Origin: Octopus vulgaris
Lineage: Eukaryota
Assembly: GCA_951406725.2 (NCBI GenBank)
Contig: OX597817.1
Location: 41,416,001-41,480,000 of the forward strand
Direction: 5' to 3'
Length of the DNA stretch: 64,000 nt
Shown here: piece by piece, positions 24,810 to 39,371 of the stretch
Numbering within the stretch: position 1 is the first letter of the stretch
Layout: every line of letters starts with the position of its first letter
Program-made: the position numbers and the translations under genes
Notes under the pieces: model-generated
Databases searched by the model: none
What the model was told of the DNA's origin: nothing
The model's input: only the letters and a program-made list of their open reading frames with translations

Positions 24810-25600
24810 AAGGAACTGGTTGGAGGTTAGTGCAGTTGAGTACATATTTCGAACTGGGCACCTTCAGTGAAGGTTAAGTCATATTAGTGTGGAGGTTAAT
24901 TGAAAGTCAAAGACTTGGGGATAATTTGAAAGAGTGATTCATATTTGGGGACAAGAGAGACTAAAAGGGTGGAAGAAAGTAAAGAGAAAAGGAATACACA
25001 AACTTGGAAACAACAGACTCAAGGATAGTTCTTTGAATAGAAGGAAGGAGGGAGATTGTACTGAAAAGGACCCTTTATACTTAGAAAGGAGAGAACTAAA
25101 TGAGTTAGTTTTCTTTTATAGTGAAAAGTCTGCTGACAAAGCCATTTGGGTTGACGAATAAAGGAGATGCTGTTTAAAAAAAATAAGAGAGAGAGAGAGG
25201 AGGGGTACTTGTTAGCTATATGTAAACGTGGTCTGCCAGCAAAACAGGCTGCAACTGAATGCAAAAGATATTGTTGATTGGCATAAATAGAGGTAGGAAT
25301 ATTTTCCCATAAACGATAGGTTCTATTCTTTCTTTGAACAGCAAATTCATATTCTTTCTGTAAAATATCTGCAGAGAATAGTTTGCCAGTTCAGGAGATG
25401 TGAGGGATACACAAAAGAAAGAATGATCGCAGGCATGACAGTCAGTATAGATATGTTTGTAATCAGCGAACTTAAACAAACTGTATGTGTATTGTGGGTG
25501 GATCAGAGGAGTTTACTTTGTCAAAGTAATGAGGCAGCAGTCAGAGAGAGAGTTATGGAAATTAAGGACATGAAATAAGAATGGATTGATAAAGGCTTCC
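24810..25600 (-). mobile_element. Probable highly decayed LINE ORF2 fragment
   Basis: Purine-rich + strand like the other LINE relics, with patchy translation (e.g. VQRKNRTYRLWENIP) but no diagnostic motif. Similar relics probable at ~5630-6130, ~12780-13470 and ~21000-21660. Confidence 0.3.
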
Positions 25601-28600
25601 AGTTCGATTAGAATTTGCTTTTTATTTTATTTTGGGGCTGTTCTCAGCCCTTGGGAAAACTATTGATTTTTTTGTAACTTGTTATTCCCCCTTCTATATG
25701 CTCTTTAGTTTGTTTTAAGCATCATGACTAAAGCCATGTAGAGCAATGTGTTCTAGGTACATTTTGCTATACATACATACATACACATACACATTATATA
25801 TATGTGACTTTATACTTATACAGAAAATCGAAAATTGCCTCTAAGTGAAGCACTTCACTTATCTGGAGCTTATTAAAAAAAAAAACGTTTATGAAGATGA
25901 TGATGATGATATTGGACTACTGAGAAGGGAAGTACATGTGAATAGAAAAGTACTCCCACTCGTTAATTAATATCCAATAAATGAAAAAAGAAGTCTGAAG
26001 GTAGGAGTGGATGGGTAGATGGAGAGGGAAATAAATCAGTTATAAGAAAATTCAAATAGAATCAATAGCGAATGTCACAAAATCAGAAGCTTATTTCCCA
26101 TCTGGATTTATATTTCCCCCCCACTGATTTCATTAGGTAGATGCTAAGAAGAAAATTAATTAACATGCACGAGGGTTGCTAGTTCCAGTAAAAGTCTATC
26201 TTCACAGAAATAATTGGCCCTAATTGAGTGACATCTCAACGGAGGAATGCAAATACGTATTATTAGGAATGTGAAATACAGCTACACCAATAACAGAGTT
26301 GCAGTTTTAGTTGACGATGATGATGATGATGACAGTGATGATGGTGTTGACAGACTGAAAATGCATTAAAATTACACATAAAATAGTTTGTGTATTTTAA
26401 TAAATCACCAGAGTCATTATTATTTTAATGTCGGTTTTACTATGTTAGTGGAGGCTAGATAAATGCGTAGTAGAGCATATATCTCTTTCTTTCTTTCTGT
26501 ATACCTGCATTTATATAATATAAATTGTCGTTATAATCATTGTCATTATCTTTATTGACATTTCAACAACCATTTCCATATATTAGCGTTGGAAAAATGT
26601 GTTTAGGGCACACTCATGTCCTAAATCGATTAGCGTTTAGATTTAAACAACAGAATATCCATAAAATGTTGTTTTTATTGGAGAACAGAAATTTCCAGAT
26701 TTCCTGTAGAACATATCTAAATCTTTGGAATAATACTTTGGCAGCTACAATCAATGAGGCGTTAAAGCAACAAAGTCGTTTAGCTTCCTTGCAGCTAGAA
26801 TGAAGTTCTTATCAATTAACTTGCGAATGTTGGAAAATAATAATTATTTCCTCTTTAGTTTCTGATAGGCTGAAATATCTTCTGTATTATTCCGAACAAT
26901 ATCTTCAGTTTGGCGAGATAATTGCTTGCAAAAACATTTGTAAATGTACTGAATTCAATATCAGTTTTAAAACGTATGAAATTTATTCATGATAAGAGCT
27001 AAAATTTCATAAATCATGACCAACCATGATAATGACATCGATTAACAATGTGAACAATGATGATGATAAAGGCGATTATTATGATGATGATGATGATGAT
27101 GTCGATGACAAAGGCCGCAAGAAACAATGTCAACACTATTGTTATCGTTGCCAATTCATAACTGCTTGTGATAGAAGAATATTTAGTTTTTATTACAAAT
27201 AGACAGAAGAGTTAAAATATTCAAGACATAATTTTTCCAATAAATGATTTAAATATTTGGAACTAGTTCCAATCAGAGTTGTGTTTTTCAATGTGGAATC
27301 ATAGTTTGCCTAGAGTGCAAACTGCTGTACCAAACTTCCCACACAGTCCTGGCTGTGCCAAACTTGAGGTATAAATCTCTCGGCTAAATTCTTCCCAGAA
27401 TATAAAAATCTTACATCTATTTGCATTGAAGCCGTTCAGTTATTTTAATTGCAACATTGAATTTCTGTTGAGGAACCCATGACACAACAAAAATATTTGG
27501 AACTAAAGGCATCAGGGGGAAAAAGTAATAAGCTTCTTGTATCAAAAAAAAAAAGCTAGTAGGATGAAATAGAACAAACATTTCTAACTAAAACACAAAT
27601 TTGTTTCATGAAGTGATATTTTTATTTCCAATTTTTTTCTTATCTTCTAATAAAATAACAATTGAAAATGCACCTGCAAATGGTTACTCTATTGATGGAA
27701 TTACAAAGAGGTTAGAAAAGCTTGTTTCAGCAGAGATTCCAATCATGTAAAAATGTTAGAGTTGACCTTTCCACAATATATTCTAACATATTCGGGAAAA
27801 TGAAAACAATGTGTTTCAAAAAAGCTGATCATCATGTGAGGGAGAAGCACCTTTGAAAATAGTGACAACCAGAGACAATGAGAAAACAGATTTTAACAAA
27901 TAAGACAAATATTCTTTACATCTTTCTCACATGTTTGAGGTGAGGTACATTTACTGAAATTATCTTGATACATGCCTGATTGTTGTTGTTGTTGTTATTG
28001 TTATTATTATTATGTTTTCTTTGCTCAGCTTCTAATACTAGAAATGTATTGCAGTGTCAGATTTTACTGCCTGTGAACAAGGAAAGACCCTTTATTTTCA
28101 GGAGTATTCAAGCAATGCTGTTTTCTCTAAGTGTTCCATTTGTATTACAACTCATATTCATTCAATAGACTCCTCAAGATCTTTACTTATTGTTCCTCAG
28201 ACTCCAACAATTATTGGTACTACTACCACCTTTTTCAGTGGCCACAACTGTTTAACCTCCCAAGCTAACCTGCCATATTTAGCAACTTTTTTCTTCTTTA
28301 TCACACACCTTTATCATTATTATTATATTTTATGATAAATTAAGTACTTGTTGTGTACTGGGGTCGATCTAATTGACTGCTCCCACCCCCCCAAAAAATT
28401 TTGAGCTTCATGCCTAGAGTAGAAAATATTATTATATTTTATATTTTAGCTTTATTTTGGGGGCATTTTAGTTACTGGCCAGATCTCCACCTGAGAATTA
28501 ACATTAAGTTAATATTGTTATTATCTTTATTATTTTGGAGATGTGCTTGTCTGGTAAGTGATGTGATCTGAGACCATATGCTGAAACTAAAGCAATTACT

Positions 28601-30842
28601 GTGTGGAAGACAATATTAGCCATTCAAAAACATACGAAAACTGTTAACTCAATCATCTATAATTTGGTATCAAAGTTTTTGTCACACTATCTGCAATCTG
28701 TTCACTGAGACCAATTCCCCAGCATTACTACTACTACTACAACTACTACTACTACTACAAACAGCTAAAAGACAAAATGATCCCAATGGAGTTTAAGTTC
28801 GAATTCCATCTGGAAAGAATAAAAGCTTAAGCTAGAATTTGGGTTCCAGGCAACATTAATGTCAACTATACCACTGGTGCATTTGTGTCAATAAAACAGA
28901 AACTGTCTTTTACTGTGTCTTATGAATTCAGTCTCCAATAAATAACGTTCTTTCAAATGTAGTGGCAGGAAGTTTGAATATGTAGAAATATTGCATCTAA
29001 AAATTATCTCAGACTATACTAATCAAAATAGTGTGTGTGTGTGTGTGTGTAATGAGAGAATCAAATTTGGTCTAATCAATACAGTAGGTATTTCTGTAAT
29101 GATTCTCCTGTAATTTCATAGAGTTTGTTTAAACACATTTCTAAGCAAAGACTGTCAAGCAATCATTCTTTTCCCAGCCACTCCATCCTGGCACTGATAT
29201 TTTGTACAGTAGTAATTCTAGCAGTGTGGCTGTAATAGAGATTAATAAGAGAAGCTGCAATATTGAATTATGCCAACATCACCTGTGAAGAGGGCATTAA
29301 TAGTAGCGCATCACAATACAGGATCCATAATAAATATTAATATAACAAAGGATTGAACCCTCATGCCTGTGACTTATGCAATAGTAATTTAAATACAATG
29401 TGAGATACAACAAAAAATCGTGAAATGCTACTCCAAAGGCATTTTACAAATGCAGTTATGGAAAAGAGAGAAAAAAAAATCACAGCTGAAAGTAATTTCA
29501 AATGAATTTATTTTTCTCACCAAATCTCAAAATATAAAAATATTACATTTTTCTGGGTGAACACTACATGTGATATGAATGCATTTTATAACGATAGCTA
29601 AATTTGTGCCTCGTCATGCCATTGAACCATAATCTCGCCTTATTTGCTCTAAAATCATTACTATTGAGAAATTATGACAAAAGCCACATATATAGTATGC
29701 GTGTACGCGCACGCTACAGACGGTTCGACAAGAATTTCTTTGAACTGCGCTAAAAGCTTGTCATGTTAAAAGAAAGATAATAAATTGCAGTTCTGAAAGT
29801 TATCTCCCTTCCTAAAACAAAGCGTCAAGCTAACAACGTTGTACACGGAAAATATGTGTGTAATCAAATCCATGTGCCCGATAAAGTAGTTGCTTTGTCG
29901 TTCTTTAACCCTAGTTTTACCCAGTCAAGTAGATTTATTGTTGGAGTTACTGCAGCCATGGTCATCCAGCCTTTTCGGGCATATACAAAAAGTGTAATAT
30001 ATAGTTTAAAAAATCATGTAACACGTATGTGGAGATATGAGCTGTGCATGAGATGTTGCTGTCAGCAATCGTTTGAAAAACTAAATCCATGACAAGAGGA
30101 AGGACTTAATATGATATAAATCTAATTTAAATGATAAACGTTGAATTATTACATAGGGAAAGTGAAGTATTACTGATTACTTTCAATAAGTGTCTCCATA
30201 AATATGCCTTTTAATAATAATAATGATAATGAAATTATGTATACAGTGTTAAGGTGTCAACCTTTGCTTGGTTGCTTCAAGTTGTCAAAAGTGCGTATAA
30301 AGCATATGCAGTAATGTACAAATGTCTGGGAAGTGAACAGTGTATGAATCAGATATATGCTTGCGTGTGTATGGAAAGGAGAAAATAAGGTTTAGTTATT
30401 TGAATTTATTTAGTAGTTGAAATTATAAATTCAATACAAATAATATATTTTTATCTGGTTGGACCCAAACAATTAAATTCCAAAAGCTTTTCAAAGTATT
30501 TACTCTGAGTTACATCAGACTTGATATCACTTTACTTCAGCGTTCAATTTATGACAACAAAGTTGCTTTTGTCATAACTTAGGTTTTCGTCATAAACTTT
30601 TGTCATAACTTAAATGTTGATGCATTTGAAAAGATTATTTGGATTATGTATAAATATATAGGTGAGGGCACATGGTTTAATGGTTAGGAATATCTCATGT
30701 TGTTCCTGTCCACTCAGCTGGTGAAAATGACTTACATCTGTAGTTCAGTGGAGCTGGCCTTCACACATTCGGCATGTCATGCTGAACCTCTGAGAATTAA
30801 GGCTATGTGTGTCTGTGGAGTGCTCAGCCACTTGCATGTTAA

Positions 30843-31064
30843 TCCATTTGTTATCATATTTCTGTTGAGATGCTCCGTGTTTCTTTCAATTAATTTTAAA
30901 TATAACAAAGAATTTAGTAAAATACCTTAGTTATCATTAAGCTAGTGTTAGGAACATAAATTGTGACTAAGGTTTGGTGGAAGATTTTAATTCAGAACTT
31001 TTGAAAACAAGATATTTGTACTAGAGAGCCAGAGGCGGTTTCAGGCGGCTTGATATCAAAAGGG
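30843..31064. mobile_element. piggyBac-type MITE (same family) inserted at TTAA within a SINE
   Basis: Internal sequence is nearly identical to 48783-49002. Left TTAA at 30839-30842; right end AAAAGGG with an eroded TSD. Confidence 0.8.
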
Positions 31065-31285
31065 TTTTTCATGAGCAGGCTGTTTTGTTGACTGGTTCAA
31101 CTGGAACACTCATAGTTGTAACTGACAAAGCGCCAGGTTTTTGAAATTATGGTACTGCCTCTAGTCATGGGATAATAAAATATAAGTAATTCCTTTAACA
31201 ATAATATTGAAAAATTCTTCCATTGAACAATAAAAGACATGGGGCAGGGGAAAGCAGGCAACAGTTTAAAATAGAAGATATTTAC

Positions 31286-31373
31286 CTCAAATGATGATAC
31301 AACTAGTGTTGAAAGTCCATCGACATAGGGGCCAAGGATGTTGTGTTCTCGAACCCGTAGGTTTTGTTTGCCA
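31286..31373 (-). CDS. KIF13: KIF13 motor-domain exon
   Basis: ttttcatttttTAG acceptor and GTAAAT donor. The 88 nt match the phase of the previous exon (GG+T = Gly) and encode GKQNLRVREHNILGPYVDGLSTLVVSSFE. GPYVDGLS is typical of KIF13/Khc-73, whereas KIF1 has GPYVEDLS. Confidence 0.96.
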
Positions 31374-33881
31374 CTAAAAAATGAAAATTAGAAGAGAATT
31401 AAAATTACTAGCAAATCATTTATTGATATCAGTAGTATTTCATACATATATAAGGAAATGAACACCAGAATAAAAACAATAATTCAAGACAAAATATATA
31501 ATAGACACTCGAGGACATGCATTTAAGCCTTTTAGTACCAACTCTGCTGAGAAGGCCAGTATGGAAATATTTATATTTAATTTAAAGTGTCAATCAAAAT
31601 CTCACTACAATATCATTTGAGTGGTAAGGGTGTTGCACTCATAATCACAAGATCATGGTTTCGATTCCTGGACAAGGCAGTGTGTTATATTCTTGAGCAA
31701 AGCACTTCATTTAATGTTGTTCTACCATCACTTTGACATCAGACATGTAGCACACTCTAAAACTGTACAGGTAATGTCAATTTGATGGAGAGAATGAGCT
31801 TATGTACAGCACAACGATTTGACTCCTATAAACAAATCACCTATGTAGGCTACTCAGCAAGAAATTATGGAATCGTCTTCCTTAGACTCAAGAGACTACC
31901 AACAAATCCAGACAGGTCACCACTATCATATTATATACACCAATTTATAAAGTTAAAAGTTACAGATGTCTTACTAAACATCTCAAAACTTTTGATTATA
32001 TTGAAACTTCTAATCACAAAGGAGTTAATTATATGCAAATTTGTGAAAATAATTAGTTTGTCTAAGTTATAGAATAATATAAATTGACAAGTACTTTTAA
32101 TGATTTGAAATTTTTCTGCAGGCTTAGAAGTTCTGAATATTTGTATAAAAATCTTAGAATATATTAAATTCAAATTACAATGAAAGTAAACAAACAAAGA
32201 AGTTTGCTTTAGAACCGTTGAGATGTCTTAGAAAGCTGAAGAAGTGATTTTAAATTCTCAAACTCAGGATAATGCTAATAATATAGCCTGAATAGGATAA
32301 GCTACCCCTATTTTGGAGAAAAATGTGTTAGAATATATCACACACGAAATACATAAATATACTTAATATTTATTAACACCAGTTTAAAAGATGAATTTTT
32401 AAATAATGAACAGAAATTTCATTCAAATATTTATTGGGGTGATTATCACAGGACAAAGGTTAGGGGGAGAGAGAGAGGGAACGAAAGATAATTTAGAATA
32501 ACAAAAAATAAAAGATTATGAAGATCCCATTGCTTTTATTCAGAACATGCTGTTTAGTTCATTCTTTCAAAGTTTAATTGAGGAACAAAAAGTGTTGTTA
32601 GAAAGAAGAATCACTGCTAATTAAAAAGATTGGTGTGGTGTTACTAAGATGACCATTATGTTCAAATTGGCTAATCAGCGAAATAATATTAGTACTTAGC
32701 AAATTATTCAGTTCTCTTGCACCGCAGCATAGTTTGAATCTAAGTGTAAAATTCCTGTAACTTCTGGATCTTTTTTTTTTTTCCTTTTCTTTCAGTAATA
32801 CATCAAATTATTTCTGTCAATCTATACAGCTAGTTGAACCAACACTTATAAGTCTAGACATAAAGAGGAGTTTAAGACGATTCACCAAGTGCATTACCAT
32901 TTCTGCCAGTAAAAATCGAAGAAAATAATATACTTAAAGTAGCTAAGTGACTATATTTTTTGTTAGCACTTCAGAATTAATCAGCCTGATATTGAGTACA
33001 CCTGATAAAACATTATCACATAAAATGAACCAAAATGGTAACTCAATTTGCTAGAAATAGTAGTCAAATCTTTCTAAAATCCCACTCCACTGCCTTAGAA
33101 AAAAATACATAGCAAAATATAAGTATAGATACCTAAGATAATAATAATGAAGTTATTGTTTACAGTGCTGCTCAGGTGCACTACAACTCATCAAAGGTGT
33201 ACAGTACATAGAATTATGTACAAAAGTTAGGAAAGTGAATAGTGTATGAATCATGATATACATGGGGAAGAAAGGATAGGTACAGCCTGAACAATTTTGA
33301 TCAGGGACCATCTGGGGTTTAAACATCACCAACAAATAAATATATTTCCTCTCTTTCCTCTTCTCTTTCTTAAGTGTGAGTGTGATCATCATCAACATCA
33401 TTTAATGTCTGTTTTCTATGCTGGCATGGGTTGGATGGTTTGACAGAAACTGGCTGCATTGAGGCTTTAGTCATCTGTTTAAGCATGGTTTCTAAGGCTT
33501 GATGCCCTTTCTAATGCCAATCATATCAATGGCAATTTTCTAAAGACTACAATTCCCCACAAAAGGGACCGTGCCGGGCTATGCAGAAACACTCCAAGCT
33601 GCTTCCATAAAAAGGCTGCTCAACTGACTAGCATTCAATCACTTAGGGACATGCACCAGCCTCTGACCCACAAGCATGCTGTCTTCTGCTACTCAGCACC
33701 AACTAATCTCATAACTCCTCCACTTAGGCACTCCCAACTCATTTGTCTTTCCAGCTATTGTTACCCTAGTTGCATTCAACCCCTCCTACACACACACACA
33801 CTGCTTGATTGCATTCCACCCAATGATGCATTCACACAGTTGTTACTGAAAAATATTCAATTATATAGTAATTCTAAAGAA

Positions 33882-34218
33882 TCATCATCATCATCATCAT
33901 TTAACATCCGCTTTCCATGCTACCATGGGTTGGACGGTTCGACTGGGGTCTGGGAAGCCAGGAGGATGCACCAGGCCCAGTCTGATCTGGCAGTGTTTCT
34001 ACAATTTGATGCCCTTCTTAATGCCAACTACTCCGTGAGTGTAGTGGGTGCTTTTTACGTGCCACCAGCACAGGTGCCAGGAGAGGCTGGCAACGGCCAC
34101 GGTCGGTTGGTGCTTTTTACGTGCCACAGGCACAGAGGCCAGTCGAGGTGGCGCTAGCAACGGCCACGTTTGGATGGTTCTTTTACGTGCCACCGGCACT
34201 GGTATCACAACTACAATT
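33882..34218 (-). mobile_element. Retroposon family D with internal ~63-nt tandem repeats
   Basis: (ATC)n tail at 33882-33900 and three units of GTGCTTTTTACGTGCCAC. Confidence 0.85.
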
Positions 34219-35484
34219 CTAACCTTATATAATGGTTTTTCAATGTAAACTCAGCAATTTAAAGCTGGTGTTCAATGCAGTCACAAATGTTGTGATTTGC
34301 TATTAAAGCCTGGTATCTTCCATCCTCGTGTTACATTATTCTTATATCTATATACATATATATATATAGATATAAAACATACTGTAGACTCTTGCATTCC
34401 ATACTGGAAAGGATAATGTTAGATAAATATAAAAATTATGATGATGTTGCTTGTGTGTGTGTGGTGTGTAAGTGCATGCATATCTAGTAATGCAAAACAA
34501 AGCATTTGCAAAATTCAGTCTACCTTTCAAGAGAGTCAAGTGAAATTGCTGTGCAACAGAAAGGTCTCAGTAAACTGAATTTATGACCTACATTTGAAGC
34601 CCAGTTAAGACTCATTTAATTCACTTGTGTTGTTACAACTAAGGCTCTTTGGAAAAACCATGAATGGCAAAGATTCTCATGTCTTTTCCTTTATAGATCT
34701 AAAGCATTATTCCTAATTCAGAACCTCAACCCCAATATCAATGTTTATGAAGCTGCATTGATGAAAGTCCAATCATTATACTGTTGTGACAATGTGGTCC
34801 TTTCTAACTTAGATTAAAAAGCATGAACTACTGTATCTAAACTTTGAATATCACAAAGAACATCCAAGCTTATAATAGAGTCTGAACAAAACTTTTTTTT
34901 ATGTTTGCTTTTACTTCATAGTGGACATCTGAGGAAAAAGTATTTTGCTTGGTATATAATAAGTTTAGAAAGGAGGTAAAAAAAAAACACAAAAAAAACC
35001 AGAAAAAAACTATATATTTTCTTTTAAGAAAAAGTGTAATGGAATTTCATTTGTTAGAATCCATAACAAAAAGAGAAAGAAAAAAATGAATGGAAAAAAA
35101 CCCCAGAAATACTTTGATCAGAAGGATTCATAAGCGAATACCACAATCAGATAGATCAATAAGAAAAAAGAAATATATATATCAGGAGAATACGTTTCCA
35201 TGACACAATGACATTTGATAAAAGTAAAAATGAGTGGCCGAGCTCGATAACCTTTGGAATAGTACATCTTTAGATGCAGCATATCTAAATTACTGAAACA
35301 GAATTTCCCACTGGGTTGCCAATTTAAAATAAATTACAAATCAAGAGGTGTTTTGTATAAAAAATGAGAAAAAAATAAAATGCTCAAAATTAAAATAAAT
35401 TCCTATGTCAATATTGGATGATGCTTGCCTTCTAGGCAAAGACCCGCAGAGGAAGGAAGCTAATAACAAATCAGAAGAGACATG

Positions 35485-35485
35485 C

Positions 35486-35522
<37 letters not shown>

Positions 35523-35960
35523 TGTATATATGTGTAGGTATACATATATATATGTATATATATAAATGCGTATGTGCATATATATATAAATATATGTATA
35601 TATATGTATATGTGTATATAGACATATATATATATATATATATATGCATATATATAAATGCATATGTGTGTATATATACATGTATATATGTATGTATATA
35701 TATGTGTGTATATAGACATATATATATGTATATATATAAACGCATATGTGTATATATACATGTGTATATGTATGTATATATATATGTACATATGTATATA
35801 TATATGTATGTGTGTATATATATATATATGTGTATATATATATCTATCTATATATATATAAATACATCTATATATATATGTCTATATACATATATAAATC
35901 TATCTATCTATCTATCTATCTATATACATATATAAATCTATCTATTTATATACATATATA

Positions 35961-35991
<31 letters not shown>

Positions 35992-36072
35992 ATGTATGCA
36001 TGTATATAACTATATATATATACATACATACATATATATATATATGTGTGTGTATATATATATCTCTCTATA
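35485..36072. repeat. Compound (TA)/(TATG)/(TCTA) microsatellite
   Basis: Direct inspection. Contains higher-order duplicated ~78-nt blocks. Confidence 0.95.
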
Positions 36073-36074
36073 TT

Positions 36075-37174
36075 TTTTTTTGTAGTTTCAACTCAGAGCT
36101 GTGACCATGCTGGAGCACCACTGTGTTGCTACACTGTTATTACTGAGATCCTCCTCTAATATGTGGCACCTGGTGTAGAATGGAGTTTGATATAGCTACC
36201 CTCATTTGCACCTCTTGCCATGAGTTAAGTTCGTCTCGAACTTTTGACAGGAAGAAGTCCAGCCTTGATTTAAAAACGCTTACATCTACTTTGTGCAGGT
36301 TCCTCAGGCTCTTTGGGAGAATATTAAATAGATGTGGGCCCCTGAAACCCAGGCTGTTGCAGTAAGCGGTCTTGAAACACAATGGCATTTCTGAGATCTT
36401 TTGCACTGTGCAATGTCGACCCATTCTGGCATTGGTGTAGCTTTCAATGCCAAAATTTGGCACAATTCCTTCCAGGATCTTCCAGATGTATATTAATGCA
36501 TACCTCTCCCACCTTTTCTTCAACGAGTAGAGTCTTAGCTTTTTCAGCCTTTCCCAGTAGCTGAGCTGTTGCAAAGAGACGATCTTCTTTTTTGAAGCTT
36601 TGCTTGATTGCTTCAAGGTCCGCTGTTAATTTTACATTGTTGGGTGACCATAGCTGGGAGCAGTAATCCAGGCAGCTGAGGATAAATGTAATCCAGAAGA
36701 CCATCATGGTTTCCTTATCTCTGATTCTGAATGTTCTCAGGATCCATCCAGCCAGACGTCTGTACTTTGTCGCCATCCTGGTAATGTGCACTTGGAAAGA
36801 GGTATCATCACTCATGTCTATACCCAGGTCCCTCACTGATTTAGGCTCTGGGACTGAAATTCCCTGTGGACCAGCATACCCTGTAAATTTCATATTCAGT
36901 TTTGGATGCTGGTAGTGCAGGGCTTGGAATTTTTCAGCACATTATTATCCTCAGCCTATCTGTAAATTGAGTCCAACTCCTGCTGCAGATGTGCAACATC
37001 GCTGGGGTTCTGTATTTTCTGTGAGACTTTCGTATCATCAGCTTAGCTAGCAAGAGTGGCTATCTGGGCAGTTGAAGGCATATCTGTGAGGGCCACTATG
37101 AAAAGCAGTGGTCTCAAGACAGTGCCCTGTGGGACACTGCTCACTATTTGTATTTTCATTGAGGTGGCTCCATC

Positions 37175-37175
<1 letters not shown>
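36075..37175 (-). mobile_element. 5'-truncated, frameshifted CR1-clade LINE (RT domain to 3' end)
   Basis: Translates to SVPQGTVLRPLLFI, ATLAS*ADDTKV (YADD Tyr mutated to stop), VRDLGIDMS, LDYCSQLWSP and LSYWERLKKLRLYSL. Short 3' UTR plus A tail; both ends lie in (TA)n tracts. Confidence 0.9.
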
Positions 37176-37205
<30 letters not shown>

Positions 37206-37270
37206 CACATGGTGAGAATTTACAAAAAAAACGAAGACGGGTGTGTAAACAACAAACAAATGTGTGTGTA

Positions 37271-37305
<35 letters not shown>

Positions 37306-37323
37306 GATATATATATATATATG

Positions 37324-37362
<39 letters not shown>

Positions 37363-37377
37363 ATATATACATATATG

Positions 37378-37414
<37 letters not shown>
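37175..37414. repeat. (TA)n microsatellite with an embedded Penelope-like tail fragment
   Basis: (TA)n tracts surround 37211-37262, which is a reverse match to 59092-59148. Confidence 0.85.
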
Positions 37415-37417
<3 letters not shown>

Positions 37418-39371
37418 TACTCTCCTATTATTGACACCCCATTGTTAGTTTACGAATGGAATTGGAGAGCAAAAAAATATAAATCTCATTGTTTTAGACA
37501 AAAAATTCTATCCGAGTAAGAAACAATCACTCAATTCCTTGCCCATTGACAGCTATTCCGAAAGTGCACAGGTCTCCTGTTACACCCCTCCAATGCATGT
37601 ATTAGTTTGTTTACTAATCCTTTAGTAAATAAAAAATTGGGTGTTTATAATAGGGAAGTACTTTAATCAGTCACTCCAGTTATTTGTTCATGAAATCTAC
37701 ACATTATTTTAACTTGATAATGTGTAGATACCTAAACAATATCAAACCATAGATATGTTGCTGAGCTCAGAGACGAAGTTCAATTCACCTCTGTTTAGGG
37801 AATTCAAATCACTCTCACAAAAATTTAGTTAATCAGTTATGTTCCCAATTTATGACTGAAGGGAGGTAACTGATAATTTAAAGATGTTATGTCCCTTATG
37901 GAAAATGACCATACTCAATTCCAAATGAAACAATGAAGACTAAGGTGATAAAGATTAGCTTCCTAGAAAAATAGGGAAAAAAAGGGGGGGGTATAGATTT
38001 TGTTGGTGTAGTTTGAGGAAATATGCAAAGCTAAAATGTGCATGTATTCACGCAGTGCCTCACCCACACGCATAAATACAATATTTTACTCAGTGCAGTT
38101 ATGTCCAGTTGCAGGGCATAAATGTATCTGCATGTTAACATACTGTGAACACTTCAGCTATAGTATTTTCTCTGGTTACCGTGAATTTTTATTGGGATCA
38201 GTTTTTTTTTCTCTTTACTGAATTTTTTTTTTAGAACATGCATAGGTCACATCTGTTATTGCCATTCTTATCTTTCAACAATTTTCCATTTAATATAGTC
38301 CAACACATTTTCTATCAAAACCCAGTAACAATTTGAGAGCTGTGTGGAATTCGATCTGAATGAAGAAGTGGAAATTATAGTTCAGAGGCTTTACTACAAT
38401 CAAACATTTCTTTCATTTAGAAATTAAAATAGCCATTCTTCATAAGCAATGTTAGGGTTTAATTAGTTACCTCCCTTTGACCATAAGTTGTGTTCTTACT
38501 AAATTCTTCAGAGTACTTTTATAAGCTCTAAATAAAAGTGAAAAGAACTTCCTCTCTGACCTCAACAGCATATCACTTAGTTGAAATTGTACAGGTGTCT
38601 GATGATTAATACTAAGTTTTAAGGAAGGATTTCATGAGACTTGAAGAAACAGATGAACTGACAAGTTCTGATTAATGCATGTCATTAACCATTTATGCTG
38701 AATGCTCTTCACTTTGATATACATAGCCTGCTTCATGTAATACATTCACTTTTATACACCAAAAGAGAAGAGCACTCAATACATTGTGTATAGAATTGTG
38801 TTAAGAAGAGGAAAGTTAACTTGGTTTAGTATTTAAGTTACATGTCTTCGTGAACATCTCATGTAAGGTAGCAGTTCCCACCAGCATACAAATACCATAA
38901 GCTTTTTTAAGGCTCAGAATGTCAATACCAGTTATTCTTGCCTAGACAACATCAATTCTAACTTTAAATAGTATGACAAGAAAACAGTAATCTACACATC
39001 CCTTCCCAAAACGTACTTGAGGATCTCAAAACCAATCCTTTGCTTGTCTGCACAGGGATTTCACTCCTCACAAGGTATGGTATATTGAACCTCAGTTACG
39101 TATTTACATGAGAGGAAAAAGACTAATTGCAAAAAAATTCAGGGAATGTTACAATCTCACAATCAATATGCATGATCCTTTTAGTTCAAGGTAGTGATGA
39201 ACACTGAACTTGCTTAATTTGATTTATTTGGAAGCTCAGAGATCAAGAATACCCTTACCACTAAGCCGCATGTCTTCCCGACTTTATACATATACACAGA
39301 TGAACACATTTATATATGCATAAATATATATAAATACACATACATACACATGTTTATACAAACGTATATCC

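Noticed and set aside
30546-30612. Short inverted/direct TTATGACAA / TTGTCATAA repeats
   Set aside because: Too short and degenerate to assign; probably a small repeat relic.
32761-32770. CTTCTGGATC complementary to the P-loop exon end as an editing complementary sequence
   Set aside because: Only 10 nt and 15 kb away; expected by chance.
36140-36893. 149-aa and 158-aa ORFs as functional genes
   Set aside because: Frameshifted pieces of a 5'-truncated CR1 LINE with a stop codon in the YADD motif.
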